From assembly GCA_033580815.1 (NCBI GenBank), contig JAVQUC010000002.1, forward strand, positions 4,259-68,258: a DNA stretch of 64,000 bases, in the 5' to 3' direction. This DNA is from Candidatus Caldarchaeum sp. (lineage in GTDB: Archaea; Thermoproteota; Nitrososphaeria_A; Caldarchaeales; Caldarchaeaceae). Numbering within the stretch: position 1 is the stretch's first letter; the number at the start of each line of letters is the position of its first letter. Made by a program: the position numbers and the translations under genes. Of this stretch, positions 10,083 to 20,374 are shown in pieces. The notes beneath the pieces were generated by a model. The model searched no databases. It was not told the DNA's origin and worked only from the letters and a program-made list of their open reading frames with translations.

Positions 10083-11102
10083 TCAGACTTTGCCGGCGAC
10101 GAGTGCGAGTATCGCGGCTCTCACATAGAGAAGGTTTTCGGCCTGGTCGTAAATGACGCTCCGAGGCCCGTCCATCACATCATCGTCAGCCTCCTGACCC
10201 CTGAAAACCGGTAAAACATGCGTGACGACACCGTGTTTGGACATCAAGTCCGTCAGTTCACGGGTAAGCTTCCAGTCCTTGTATTTGTTATGAAGCTCGA
10301 CTTCGCGTTCGCGGCCGAACCTGTTCATTCCGGTTAGGACGCATTCGTGGCTTGCCCAGCTCCGTGGGAAAACTGCGTCCGCGCCCTCTAAAGCTTCCCT
10401 GTAGTCGTGGGAGATTGATAGGCTGCCGCCGCTTTCTTCGGCGTTCTTCTTGGCAATCTTGACGATGTTCTCGTCGATGTCGAAGCCCGGCGGATAAGCG
10501 AGTACGACATCCATTCCGAACCTTGTCGCAATCAACATCTCATCCTGTATGCTGCCCCAGCTTCTGATCCTATCGCTGTAAGCCCACATCAACACATATT
10601 TTTTCTTCTCCACTTTGCCAAGCTTTTCCTTTAACGTGTAAAGGTCTGTTATTGCTTGGCTGGGATGGAACATGTCGTCGGCCATGTTGATGACGGGAAT
10701 TTTCGCATGTTCGGCGTATTCACGGACAACGGCGTTTCCTCTACCGTACACATAGTCGACGGCTGATTCGAGGATGCGGACGCCCAGAACGTGGCCGAGC
10801 CTTTCATACATCTTGGCTATGTCTTTGACCGCTTCTCCTTCAGCGCCGCGTGTCGTGGCAAAGTCGATGAACTGGGCGTGGCCTCCCAGCATCGTCGCCG
10901 CTGCTTCAAAGCTGGCCCTCGTCCTAGTGCTGGTGTTGTAGAAGAGCATGAACATGGTCCTGTTTTTGAAGAGCTCGGGAACGTTCCCGGCCGCCCTCCC
11001 GATTTTCAGGCTGCGCGCAAGCTCCATCGTCGCCGTGATCTCCTCGATTGTCCAATCTTGTGATGAGATGAGGTCCCTTCCGAAAAGCTCTGTCAGGGTC
11101 AT
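10083..11102 (-). CDS. Second, divergent knotted-type carbamoyltransferase
   Basis: STRTRASF, HPSQAITD, WAYS, FPRSW, HVLP, QAENLL. Confidence 0.85.
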   Translation of the reverse strand: MTLTELFGRDLISSQDWTIEEITATMELARSLKIGRAAGNVPELFKNRTMFMLFYNTSTRTRASFEAAATMLGGHAQFIDFATTRGAEGEAVKDIAKMYERLGHVLGVRILESAVDYVYGRGNAVVREYAEHAKIPVINMADDMFHPSQAITDLYTLKEKLGKVEKKKYVLMWAYSDRIRSWGSIQDEMLIATRFGMDVVLAYPPGFDIDENIVKIAKKNAEESGGSLSISHDYREALEGADAVFPRSWASHECVLTGMNRFGREREVELHNKYKDWKLTRELTDLMSKHGVVTHVLPVFRGQEADDDVMDGPRSVIYDQAENLLYVRAAILALVAGKV

Positions 11103-11126
11103 GCCGCCAACTTTCGATCCGTAAAT

Positions 11127-13478
11127 TTATAGGTGTTTAGCTTTGTACAGTTCTTCGAGGACCCGTGATGGTTTAAGTGGGAGCTCCCGGATGTAAACTC
11201 CCGTCGCATTTGCCACCGCTCCGGCGATGGAAGCAGCTGGGAGAACGACAGGGATTTCGCCCATCGCTTTAGCGCCGAAGACACCGATGCTTCCTTTTAC
11301 CTCCACGATGATGCTGTGTATTTCCTGCGGTGCGTCGGATGCAGTGGGGATGACAAATCGGTGAAGGGATGGGTTGACGAGAACCCCTCCGTCGTGAACA
11401 ATTTCCTCCATCAAGGCGTATCCAAGACCCATTATGCTCCCGCCTTCGTAAGTCGCGACGAGACCCAGCGGGTTTATCGCACGGCCGACGTCGTAGGCTG
11501 CCGTCAGGCGGTCGACTTTCACCACCCCTGTCTCAGTGTCGACAGTAACTTCAGATATCAGGGCGCCGTACGTATACTGATTGTAGGGGGACCCTTGGCC
11601 TGTTTCGGGATCCCATTTGGTGGGAGGCGCGATGTAGTAGCCGACTGCTTTCAGCGGAACGTTCTCTTCAAAACATTGGTTTACGGCCTCTTGCCAGCTG
11701 ACTGATTTACCGTTTGCAGCTGATATCTTTCCGTGCTTAAATTCGAGGTCTGTCGGGTTGGTCGAAAGGGTTTTGGCCACTACGGATGCGATCGTGGCCC
11801 TGATTTTTAGAGCTGCGTCTAGCGCAGCTTGCCCGCCTATTACAGTTGTTCGGGATGCGACGGTCGGCCCGGAGTTGGGAACAGCAGCCGTGTCAGGTCT
11901 TTCGAGCTTCACCATCGAAATCGGTAGCCCGAGGGCCTCGGCGGTGACGATGGCGAGCGAAGTTAGAGCACCGGTTCCGTATTCAGTCAACCCGGTTTGA
12001 ACAACCACTTGCCCGCCCCTCTCCACACGTGTAACGACGTATGCGAAATCATCTCCTTCGGGACCCAGCGTGTTCCCGTGGTATAGGAGAGCGATCCCTA
12101 TACCCTTCTTTATCGAGGTGTTCCGTCGGTTGAACTCCTCGAATTCTCGGGCCTTTCTCCGGTATTCGCTGACTTCGACGGCTTGACGATAGCATCTGAC
12201 GAGGCCGTCGTCCTCGATTTTGTGGCTTGTCGCGGTGAGGGAACCGGGTTTCAGCATGTTGATTTCCCTTATTTCGAGAGGGGACATGTTAAGCTCCTCG
12301 GCGAGCTCGTTCATCGTCATCTCGGCGGCGAAATGAGCTTGTGGTGCGCCAAACCCACGGGTCGAACCAGCCATGGTGTTGTTGGTTATTACGCAGTAGC
12401 CGTCGGCCCAAACATTCGGCACTTCATACGGGCCGGTGCAGTGGAAAGTGGCGCGGCCTATCACTAGGTGGCCTTTTGAGATGTATGCGCCGGTGTCCTC
12501 GTAGAGGGTTGACTTCCAAGCAAGCAGCTTTCCGTTCTGGTCTGCTCCGACGACGTTCGTGATTTCGAAGGGATGTCTTTTGCATTGAACCGTCATCGCC
12601 TCCGCTCGGGTGAAAGCCGCGAGAGCGGGCTTTCCTGTATGGTAGGTCGCTAGGCAAGCGTAAGCAGCAACATCTATGGGTGTTTCGTCGCTTTTCGGCC
12701 CAAACCCTCCACCGGTAGCGGCCTGAACAACCCTCAGCCTATCGTTTGGAACACCGAGAATCCTAAGGACTTTGTTGTATACGTCGTGAAGGTTTTGCAT
12801 CGAGGAGATGCAGTTAATTCTTCCATCGCCGTCTATGAAGGAATACGCAATTTCTATCTCGAGCGGCAGCCCCGTGATAAACTGAGTTCTATAGGTTCTT
12901 TCAATAATGACGTCGGACTTCCTGAAGCCTTCTTCAACATCGCCCTTCCTGATTTTGAAATGAGTGAAGACATTGTCTCTGTCCTGCACGCGTGGTGCAT
13001 TGGGTTTTATCGCTTCACGAGGACTGGTGACCACGGGAAGCGGGTCATAAACAACCTCGACAAACTCCGCGGCCTCTTCTGCGTCCTCGACCGATTCTCC
13101 AACCACCAGCGCCACGGCTTCACCTATGTGGCGGACTTTGTCGAAGGCGAGTAGGGGCCTGTCGGAGATAAGGCTTCCACCGTCGTTGACGCCCGGAATA
13201 TCCTTTGCCGTAATGACTTTAACAACTCCCTTCCTTTTTTCGGCAGGGCTGTAATCGATTTTCCTGATGTATCCATGGGGGATGTTGGAGCGGACGGCCT
13301 TTACGAAAAGAGTTTTTTCAGCCACGAGGTCCGCTGTGTAGACAGGTTTTCCGAGGACTGCGTCGAGGGCGTCGACCCGAGCAACTTTTTTGCCGATGAC
13401 GAAAAACTCTCTCGCCTGAAGGATTTCGGCGAACCGTTTGAGGATTTCCTCACTCACCGTCTTCTCACCCTCTCCCAC
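11127..13478 (-). CDS. Xanthine dehydrogenase-family molybdopterin-binding subunit
   Basis: GGGFG, RGFGAPQ, TVASRTT, DVGRAINP, AKAMGE (catalytic Glu); 783 aa. Confidence 0.92.
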   Translation of the reverse strand: MGEGEKTVSEEILKRFAEILQAREFFVIGKKVARVDALDAVLGKPVYTADLVAEKTLFVKAVRSNIPHGYIRKIDYSPAEKRKGVVKVITAKDIPGVNDGGSLISDRPLLAFDKVRHIGEAVALVVGESVEDAEEAAEFVEVVYDPLPVVTSPREAIKPNAPRVQDRDNVFTHFKIRKGDVEEGFRKSDVIIERTYRTQFITGLPLEIEIAYSFIDGDGRINCISSMQNLHDVYNKVLRILGVPNDRLRVVQAATGGGFGPKSDETPIDVAAYACLATYHTGKPALAAFTRAEAMTVQCKRHPFEITNVVGADQNGKLLAWKSTLYEDTGAYISKGHLVIGRATFHCTGPYEVPNVWADGYCVITNNTMAGSTRGFGAPQAHFAAEMTMNELAEELNMSPLEIREINMLKPGSLTATSHKIEDDGLVRCYRQAVEVSEYRRKAREFEEFNRRNTSIKKGIGIALLYHGNTLGPEGDDFAYVVTRVERGGQVVVQTGLTEYGTGALTSLAIVTAEALGLPISMVKLERPDTAAVPNSGPTVASRTTVIGGQAALDAALKIRATIASVVAKTLSTNPTDLEFKHGKISAANGKSVSWQEAVNQCFEENVPLKAVGYYIAPPTKWDPETGQGSPYNQYTYGALISEVTVDTETGVVKVDRLTAAYDVGRAINPLGLVATYEGGSIMGLGYALMEEIVHDGGVLVNPSLHRFVIPTASDAPQEIHSIIVEVKGSIGVFGAKAMGEIPVVLPAASIAGAVANATGVYIRELPLKPSRVLEELYKAKHL

Positions 13479-13909
13479 GCCTCTTCAAACCTTATGTAGC
13501 TACCGCACCTACAAAGGACGGTTCTCAGCGCGTGTCTTACCTCTTGCTTCGTCGCCGTGGGTTTTTCGTCGTAGAGGTGTTTGAGAACGAGGAGCGCGGC
13601 CGGTATGCAGAAGCCGCATTGGACGGCGCCGACGTCGATGAAGGCTTGCTGCAGCGGATGAAGTTTCCCACCGTCACCCAACGCTTCGACCGTGGTGATT
13701 TTTAGGCCGTCCACGCGATAAGCTAGGACGAGGCACGAATTGACGGGTTTTCCATCGACCAATACGATGCAGAGCCCGCAGTCACCTGTGCCGCATCCCT
13801 GTTTGACGCTGACCAACCGCAGCTTGTTACGGAGAACGTCGCTAAGCCTCTCATTAGGCTCTACATCCACCGAATACCTGACCCCGTTAACCTCAAAATC
13901 GACTTTCAA
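13454..13909 (-). CDS. Xanthine dehydrogenase-family 2Fe-2S subunit
   Basis: KQGCGTGDCGLC..NSC, QCGFC, CRC; probable TTG start at 13909 overlapping the FAD-subunit stop. Confidence 0.92.
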   Translation of the reverse strand: MKVDFEVNGVRYSVDVEPNERLSDVLRNKLRLVSVKQGCGTGDCGLCIVLVDGKPVNSCLVLAYRVDGLKITTVEALGDGGKLHPLQQAFIDVGAVQCGFCIPAALLVLKHLYDEKPTATKQEVRHALRTVLCRCGSYIRFEEAWERVRRR

Positions 13910-14742
13910 ACGGCACCACCCACAGACCGCTGCAAAAGCCTTTCCAACAAAACCCCAGCCACCTTCTTCCGGTACCAAGATGACGCAAAGACATCGTCTA
14001 CCGGGTTAATCGACTTCGAAAGAAGTTCACCTGCTTTCTCAATGTTTTCCTTTGTCAGAGGCCTGTTTTCGAGGAATTTCTCAACCGAGAAGACCCTTCC
14101 CGGGGTCTCGAAGTCTTTATGGGAAACTGCAACCTTGATGTTCTTTCCGCTCACATCGACGGAAACAGACATCAACGGAAACCTTGATATCCCCATCCAG
14201 AGCTTGTCAAACCAACAGCCAGCGCTCAGCCGGAACGAAACAAACTCCAAGAGTCCTCTAATTTCTAACTTTCGCCGCAAAAACTCGTCAAGGGAAACTC
14301 TTTTTTGCCCCTCCTTGGTTGCGAAGATAAGTTCTGCGTCGAGTGTCAGCAGAATCGGTATGATGTCCTCGGTCGCTCTTTTGAGCATGATGCTTCCCCC
14401 CGTTGTAGCTAGGTAGGACACAGCGGGTGATGAATAGTTCTGGAAAAATGTGTGAAAAGCCGGGATCTGTTTACCGAAGGTCGAAGCCAATTGATGATGC
14501 GTAACGAGTGCTCCGACATTCGCTCTACCGTCAGCCACAACAACGTTCTTCAGTTCGCGGATTTTGCCTATGTCGACGAACTTGCGGGTTCGTCTTTCCC
14601 CGGTCGTTAAGGATGTGATGATTTCTGTTCCCGCGGCCATGATTTCTCTCTCCGGCTCGTCGTCAAGAGCCTTCAAGGCCTGATCCACAGTCTCGGCGAC
14701 CACCACATCTATCCTCGGAATGTTCAAATAGCCGATGATCAT
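13906..14742 (-). CDS. Xanthine dehydrogenase-family FAD-binding subunit
   Basis: AAGTE, VGALVT, ATTGGSI, PVDDVFASSWYRKKVA; position next to the 2Fe-2S and Mo subunits. Confidence 0.85.
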   Translation of the reverse strand: MIIGYLNIPRIDVVVAETVDQALKALDDEPEREIMAAGTEIITSLTTGERRTRKFVDIGKIRELKNVVVADGRANVGALVTHHQLASTFGKQIPAFHTFFQNYSSPAVSYLATTGGSIMLKRATEDIIPILLTLDAELIFATKEGQKRVSLDEFLRRKLEIRGLLEFVSFRLSAGCWFDKLWMGISRFPLMSVSVDVSGKNIKVAVSHKDFETPGRVFSVEKFLENRPLTKENIEKAGELLSKSINPVDDVFASSWYRKKVAGVLLERLLQRSVGGAV

Positions 14743-16106
14743 GGTCTCAGCCTCAATGGCTCAACAGCTTCTGAGGGCTCTTCTCCGAGTCTGAGCCAGA
14801 GCTTTTCGACCGTCTTCACGACCGTCGACTCGGCTTTTTCCTTATCAACCTTGGTCAACTGCCTGTTCTCCACGACCTGAACGCCGTCGACGAAAACCTG
14901 TTCAACGTCTCCCCCCTTCACGCCGTTAACCAAATAGCCATAAACATTCCTGTCGATAGGAGTGGCGCAAACTTCGGGTCTTACAACGATGATATCAGCT
15001 CTTTTCCCCAGCTCGAGCGAGCCCAACGATGATAAGCCGTAGGCCTTCGCGGCGTTGACTGTCGCCATCTCAACGACCGTCTGAGGAGAAAGCACGGAAG
15101 GGTCTCTTCGTTCCACGCGGTGTATCAGAAAGGCGGTGCGCATGTTCTCGAACCCGTCGAAAACGTATCCGTCGTTGCCCAAGCCGACGTTGACCCCGGC
15201 CTCAAGCATCTCGGGAAGCTTCATCACACCGACGGCGTTCAACATGTTGCTCATTGGGTTGTGAGCCACGTGCGTACCAGTCGACGCCAGCAGTTGGATT
15301 TCACGTCTGTTTAGGTGAACGCAGTGGGCGAGTACAGAGAATGGCCCTAGTAGACCGGTCTGATGGAGCCTTTCCACAGTCCTTTTTCCATATCTTTCGA
15401 TGTTGTGGTAGACGTCGTTGAGGCCCTCGGAGACGTGAATTGTCAAGGGGGCGTTGAATTTTTTGGCTATGTCGATGCCTCTCGCGATGAGGTCGTCGCT
15501 TACCGTGAAGGAGGCGTGAAGACTCACCATACCTTTTGCAAGACCAACACCACCTCTTTCGAGAAACCGCACGTTCTCATCTAATCCTCTCCTTCCCTCG
15601 TCGACGCTTCTTCTTTCAGTTGCCTCAAAAGAGATCAGCCCTCTTATGCCGACTTCGTTGACGGCTTTGGCTATTGCGTCAAGGCTGCCTTCTGGATTTG
15701 ATGGGGCAGAATAGGTGTCGGCGAAAGTGGTTGTGCCGTTTAGAACCATCTCCATGCATGCAGCTAAGGCGGTTGCGTAGGCGTCGTCGTTGTTCATTTG
15801 TTCGTCGAGAGGCCACCAAATCCGTTGAAGGTTTTCGAGAAAATCTGTCGTGGGCCGAATGCGTAAGGCCGCTCCCCTTAAGGCGATGCCGTAGAGATGG
15901 GTGTGGGCGCAGATGAGTCCAGGCATCACGAACTTTCCGGAAACATCGATGACCCGGTCGAATCGACTTGCTCTTCCGACATCGCCGTTTTTCCCGACAA
16001 AAGTTATCACGCCATCTTCAAACCCGACTGCTCCGTCGACGATGACCCTCCGAACCGAATCCATTGTAACGATAACGCCGCCCTTGAGCAGAACCGAGTC
16101 CGGCAC
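14739..16106 (-). CDS. SsnA-like amidohydrolase (purine ring hydrolase/deaminase family)
   Basis: PGLICAHTHLYG, DFLENLQRIWWPLD, HASFTVSD, HVSEG, AHCVH, NPMSNMLNAVG, LGNDG. Confidence 0.85.
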   Translation of the reverse strand: MPDSVLLKGGVIVTMDSVRRVIVDGAVGFEDGVITFVGKNGDVGRASRFDRVIDVSGKFVMPGLICAHTHLYGIALRGAALRIRPTTDFLENLQRIWWPLDEQMNNDDAYATALAACMEMVLNGTTTFADTYSAPSNPEGSLDAIAKAVNEVGIRGLISFEATERRSVDEGRRGLDENVRFLERGGVGLAKGMVSLHASFTVSDDLIARGIDIAKKFNAPLTIHVSEGLNDVYHNIERYGKRTVERLHQTGLLGPFSVLAHCVHLNRREIQLLASTGTHVAHNPMSNMLNAVGVMKLPEMLEAGVNVGLGNDGYVFDGFENMRTAFLIHRVERRDPSVLSPQTVVEMATVNAAKAYGLSSLGSLELGKRADIIVVRPEVCATPIDRNVYGYLVNGVKGGDVEQVFVDGVQVVENRQLTKVDKEKAESTVVKTVEKLWLRLGEEPSEAVEPLRLRP

Positions 16107-16109
16107 GAG

Positions 16110-17111
16110 CTAAACCTCCGCGATGCTCTTGATTAGGTATTCTGGGTCTCCGCTCAAAGGTAGCAGGAGCGGCGAAGTGCATCCATGAGCCATGTATTCC
16201 TTGACCTTTGACACCACGTCTGAAACGGTTCCGGAGGCGCTTATCATTCTGACTATGTCGTCGGGAACGATTTCTGTCGCCTTCTCTATTCCGCCCGGTT
16301 TCGCAGGCCAGCCACCCATGATGCGTTGTACTTCATGAATCAAGTCTTCGCTCACTCCGCTTGCTTTCATGATGTGCGGCTGCTGGCCCAAAGTCATGGT
16401 CACGTGTTTTTTGGCGAGTTTCACAGCCTTATCGGCATCAGGATGCACCGAGCAAGCTATTAATTGCGGCCTGTCTATGTCCTCGAGCCTCCGCCCTGCT
16501 CTTGCTGCACCGATCTTTATGTGTTCCAGCGCTGTGTCGTTGTATTTGGGGGAGACGAGGTAGTTGAGGAGTACTCCGTCGCCGATTTCTCCAGCTAGCT
16601 CCATCATCTTCCATCCGGTAGCACCGATGTAAATGGGGATGTTTCGGGGTTTCTCTCCAGCGCCGTGTAGAACGTCCAAACGAACACCTCGCATTTTCAC
16701 AAACTTTCCTTCAAACGTCACCTCCTCCATGCGGAAAAGCCTGCGAATTACTTCGACGTATTCCCGCATGCATTTAAGAGGCTCGGTCCTCTCTATCCCA
16801 ACCTTCCAAGCAAGCGGGTCCCACCAAGCACCAAGTCCGAGAATAACACGTCCATCGCTCAATTCATCCATCGTCGCGAAAGTCTGAGCGATGAGGGCGG
16901 CGTTACGGGTCCAAGTGTTTATCACACCAGCTCCAACCTTGATTTTGGAAGTGACTGTTGCGATTGCGGTCATGGGAGTCAACGCATCTCTTGCCAGACG
17001 TGATTCGGCTACCCATGCCGATTCGAAATCGTAACGCTCGGCGAGCTGAGCATAACGTACCATCTCACGGACATGCATGTCTTGAAGATATAGACCCCAG
17101 CGAACATCCAT
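16110..17111 (-). CDS. LLM-class (luciferase-like, Mer-type, probably F420-dependent) oxidoreductase
   Basis: AWVAES, ATMDELSDGRVILGLG, IPIYIGATG..MELAGEIGDGVLLN. Confidence 0.85.
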   Translation of the reverse strand: MDVRWGLYLQDMHVREMVRYAQLAERYDFESAWVAESRLARDALTPMTAIATVTSKIKVGAGVINTWTRNAALIAQTFATMDELSDGRVILGLGAWWDPLAWKVGIERTEPLKCMREYVEVIRRLFRMEEVTFEGKFVKMRGVRLDVLHGAGEKPRNIPIYIGATGWKMMELAGEIGDGVLLNYLVSPKYNDTALEHIKIGAARAGRRLEDIDRPQLIACSVHPDADKAVKLAKKHVTMTLGQQPHIMKASGVSEDLIHEVQRIMGGWPAKPGGIEKATEIVPDDIVRMISASGTVSDVVSKVKEYMAHGCTSPLLLPLSGDPEYLIKSIAEV

Positions 17112-17199
17112 GCCTATTAGACTTCACAATCGAAGGATGTTTTTATCTGTTTGTGTAAAAAATGTAAGGATATATGGGGCGCCATTTCATTCTGAGTAA

Positions 17200-18987
17200 A
17201 TGAACGCGAGGACAAAGCTACACCTCGTAACTCGTAATCTTGTGAGAACCGCCTTGGGTTTAGAGAAGGCAGACCTTGTGGTCAAAGGTGGTAATCTGGT
17301 TAACGTTCACACCAGGGAAATAATGGAGAACGTTGATGTTGCGGTTCGGTTTGGAAGGGTTGTGTTGGTCGGTGACGCCGACCCTTGCATCGGAGCCGAT
17401 ACGTTTGTCTACGATGCGTCGGAGAAGTTTGTCGTGCCCGGGTTGTTAGACCCACACGTCCACATCGAAAGCTCCATGGTTGTGGTCACTGAATTTGCGC
17501 GAATAGTTCTCCCACACGGAACCACGACGGTGTTTGTCGACCCTCACGAAATTGGGAACGTCTTTGGCCTTGAAGGCGTGAAACTTATGATAGAAGAGTC
17601 AAAAAATCTTCCCTTGAAAGTTTTCATAACGTATCCGTCGTGCGTGCCTGCGGCTCCGGGGTTTGAGACTGCAGGCGCTCATGTGGGGCCGGCGGAAATA
17701 GCGGAGGCGATGAAGTTTGAGGAGGTGATTGCTCTAGGTGAGATGATGAATTTCCCTGGAGTGCTGTCTTGCGATGAAATTGTTCACGCCGAAATAGCTG
17801 AAACCCTCAAAGCCGGTAAGCTGGTCGAAGGACATGATTCCGGCCTTCTTGGCCGGGAGTTGACAGCATACGTGGCCGCCGGGATTACTTCCACACATGA
17901 AAGCGTGACCAAAAGACAGGCCTTGGAAAGGCTGAGGAACGGCATGTACGTCTACCTCCGAGAGGGAAGTGCCTGGCTTGACATCAAGGATACAATAAGG
18001 GCTTACACGGAGACTGGAATAGACCCGCGGCACATCTGTTTATGCACTGACGATAAGGAGCCTGCGTCGATTCTACGCGACGGACACGTCGACCACTGCG
18101 TCCGAAGAGCCATCCAAGAGGGGGTTGACCCTCTGACGGCCATACAGATGGCGACCATAAACCCGGCGGAAAGGTATCGTCTCTCCTACGAGATAGGGAG
18201 CATAGCTCCTGCGAGGATTGCGGACATTCTTGTTATTTCCGATTTGACGAAGTTTCAGGTTGAAGCTGTTTTCGCCGACGGAGAACTTGTGGCCGAAAAC
18301 GGAAAGATGGTTAAGCAGCTTCCAAGCTACAGTTACCCGGAGAAATTCATGAAGAGTGTGAAACTCTCGAGGCCTTTGAAGCCTGAGGATTTTGTGATTC
18401 GGAACGACCGGGAGGGTGAGCAACTGCGTGTTAGGGTTATTCAGGCAATTGAAGGCAGCGTGCTCACCAAGCATCTCATCGACCGCCTCGAGGTCTCCAA
18501 AAACGTCATCCAACCGGATCCCGACAGGAGTATAATGAAGATAGCGGTCATCGAAAGACACGGGAAAACAGGAAACATTAGCCTCGGTTTCACAAAGGGC
18601 TTCGGCTTCAGGGAGGGGGCGGTTTCATCGACGGTGGCGCACGACAGCCACAACTTGATGGTTCTTGGGTATGATGAAAAAGACATGGCTTTGGCGGCTA
18701 ACGAGAACGCGCGGATAGGCGGAGGAATTGTCACAGTAGCGGACGGAAAAATTCTGTCGCGGGTCGAGCTACCTCTTGCGGGGTTGATGTCCACAGAGCC
18801 GGCGGACAAAGTAGCTGAAAAACTCAGCAAAACCTACGAAACATGGCGGAAGCTCGGCTGCGAATGGGTTTCGCCGTTCATGACGATGTCTTTGCTAAGC
18901 TTGAGTGTTATTCCGGAGCTTCGGTTGACCGACAAAGGACTCCTAGACACTGTGACCTTCCAATTCGTAAACTTGATCATCGATTGA
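17200..18987 (+). CDS. ade: Adenine deaminase
   Basis: PHVHIESSM, DPHEIGNV, LGEMMN, LREGS, CTDD, STVAHDSHN, LPLAGLMS, LSVIPELRLTDKGL. Confidence 0.95.
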   Translation: MNARTKLHLVTRNLVRTALGLEKADLVVKGGNLVNVHTREIMENVDVAVRFGRVVLVGDADPCIGADTFVYDASEKFVVPGLLDPHVHIESSMVVVTEFARIVLPHGTTTVFVDPHEIGNVFGLEGVKLMIEESKNLPLKVFITYPSCVPAAPGFETAGAHVGPAEIAEAMKFEEVIALGEMMNFPGVLSCDEIVHAEIAETLKAGKLVEGHDSGLLGRELTAYVAAGITSTHESVTKRQALERLRNGMYVYLREGSAWLDIKDTIRAYTETGIDPRHICLCTDDKEPASILRDGHVDHCVRRAIQEGVDPLTAIQMATINPAERYRLSYEIGSIAPARIADILVISDLTKFQVEAVFADGELVAENGKMVKQLPSYSYPEKFMKSVKLSRPLKPEDFVIRNDREGEQLRVRVIQAIEGSVLTKHLIDRLEVSKNVIQPDPDRSIMKIAVIERHGKTGNISLGFTKGFGFREGAVSSTVAHDSHNLMVLGYDEKDMALAANENARIGGGIVTVADGKILSRVELPLAGLMSTEPADKVAEKLSKTYETWRKLGCEWVSPFMTMSLLSLSVIPELRLTDKGLLDTVTFQFVNLIID

Positions 18988-19020
18988 TGTATAAAAATAT
19001 ATAGTTCAAAGACGATATTC

Positions 19021-20322
19021 ATGTTGATGCAGGAAAAAACCCGAGTTTCGAGGAGGAAGTTTCTCGCGGTATCTTCTGGTGTCGCCGCCGGCTCGGTCGC
19101 TGCAGGAGTCGTTGTCGGAGGTTTGGCGGGATACTTTCTCGGTACGACTCAAGCTCCGCCAGCCCAAACCGTAACAGCAACAGTGGCCGCTCCGCCGAAG
19201 CGCCTCAAAGTAGGTTACGTCTATGTCGGACCCGTCGGAGACTACGGCTGGACCTTCGCCCACGACCAGGGAAGGAAATGGGCTGACGCAAGATACAAGA
19301 ACGTCGACAGCATCTACATCGAAAGTGTTCCCGAAGCGCAAGCGCTGGGCGCTATTGAATCGCTGATTAACCAAGGAGCAGAGCTGGTGATCACCACGAG
19401 TTTCGGCTACATGGACGCCACAGCTGAAGCAGCCGCCAAACATCCAGACAAATACTTCGTCCACATATCAGGTTACAGGAGCGGAGCAGCGGGAAATGCT
19501 CCGCAGAACATGAGCAGCGCCTTCGCCGAGTTCTACCAGCTCTACTACCTCAACGGATTGGCCGCCGGAGCGGTGACGCAGACCGGAATCGTAGGATACG
19601 TGGCTGCTTTTCCGATCCCCGAGGTCGTGAGACACATCAATGCCTTCGTCCTCGGCGCAAACTACGCTTACAAAAAACGAACAGGCAAAAACATCCGAGC
19701 TTTCGTCAACTGGCTTTTCGCTTGGTTTGACCCCGGAAAGGCCCGTGAAGCAGCGGTTGCTCTGATAGAACAGTCGAACGCAGATGTTTTGGCCTTCACC
19801 GAAGACACTCCCACCACTCTCCAGGTGGCTGAAGAATTTACCACGCAACGGAACAGAAAGACATGGAGCTTCAGCCATTACAACGACATGTCCAGCTACG
19901 GAAAAACAGCCCATCTGACTGGTCAGATAGTTAACTGGGGTCCAATCTACCTCGATTTCTACCGAATGGTGGGCACAGGCACTTGGCATTCGGTTGACAT
20001 ATGGACGAGGATCGGGGACTACATGCCCTACCGATGGAGGAAGCCCCCCGAACAGAGCACCGCTGGACAGGTCGACGGAACCCTCCAACTAGCCCCGATA
20101 AACCCTGCGGTGCCTAGCGAATGGCAATATGAAATAAAGAGAAGATATGAGGAGATGAAGGAGCTGCTTTTCGAGCCATTCAGCGTCGAAGGAAACCTCG
20201 GAGAACCCATCAAAGACCAGCGGGGCGAAGTCAGGATCAAAGGGACGGAGCGCGCTGACTGGAAGATGCTTTGGGAGATGGACTGGTTCGTCGAACAAGT
20301 CGAAAGCGAGTTGCCGCGTTAA
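19021..20322 (+). CDS. BMP-family (purine nucleoside) ABC substrate-binding protein with Tat signal
   Basis: SRRKFL twin-arginine plus hydrophobic helix; GPVGDYGWTFAHDQGR, TSFGYMD, PIPEVVRHINAF, WFDP. Confidence 0.9.
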   Translation: MLMQEKTRVSRRKFLAVSSGVAAGSVAAGVVVGGLAGYFLGTTQAPPAQTVTATVAAPPKRLKVGYVYVGPVGDYGWTFAHDQGRKWADARYKNVDSIYIESVPEAQALGAIESLINQGAELVITTSFGYMDATAEAAAKHPDKYFVHISGYRSGAAGNAPQNMSSAFAEFYQLYYLNGLAAGAVTQTGIVGYVAAFPIPEVVRHINAFVLGANYAYKKRTGKNIRAFVNWLFAWFDPGKAREAAVALIEQSNADVLAFTEDTPTTLQVAEEFTTQRNRKTWSFSHYNDMSSYGKTAHLTGQIVNWGPIYLDFYRMVGTGTWHSVDIWTRIGDYMPYRWRKPPEQSTAGQVDGTLQLAPINPAVPSEWQYEIKRRYEEMKELLFEPFSVEGNLGEPIKDQRGEVRIKGTERADWKMLWEMDWFVEQVESELPR

Positions 20323-20374
20323 ACTTCCTTTAAAACCCATAAATTTTTTCCGCATAATTCAATTGGGATGGAAA

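Noticed and set aside
11127..14742. Aerobic CO dehydrogenase (coxLMS)
   Set aside because: Active-site loop is GSTRGFG, not the form I AYxCSFR; purine gene context
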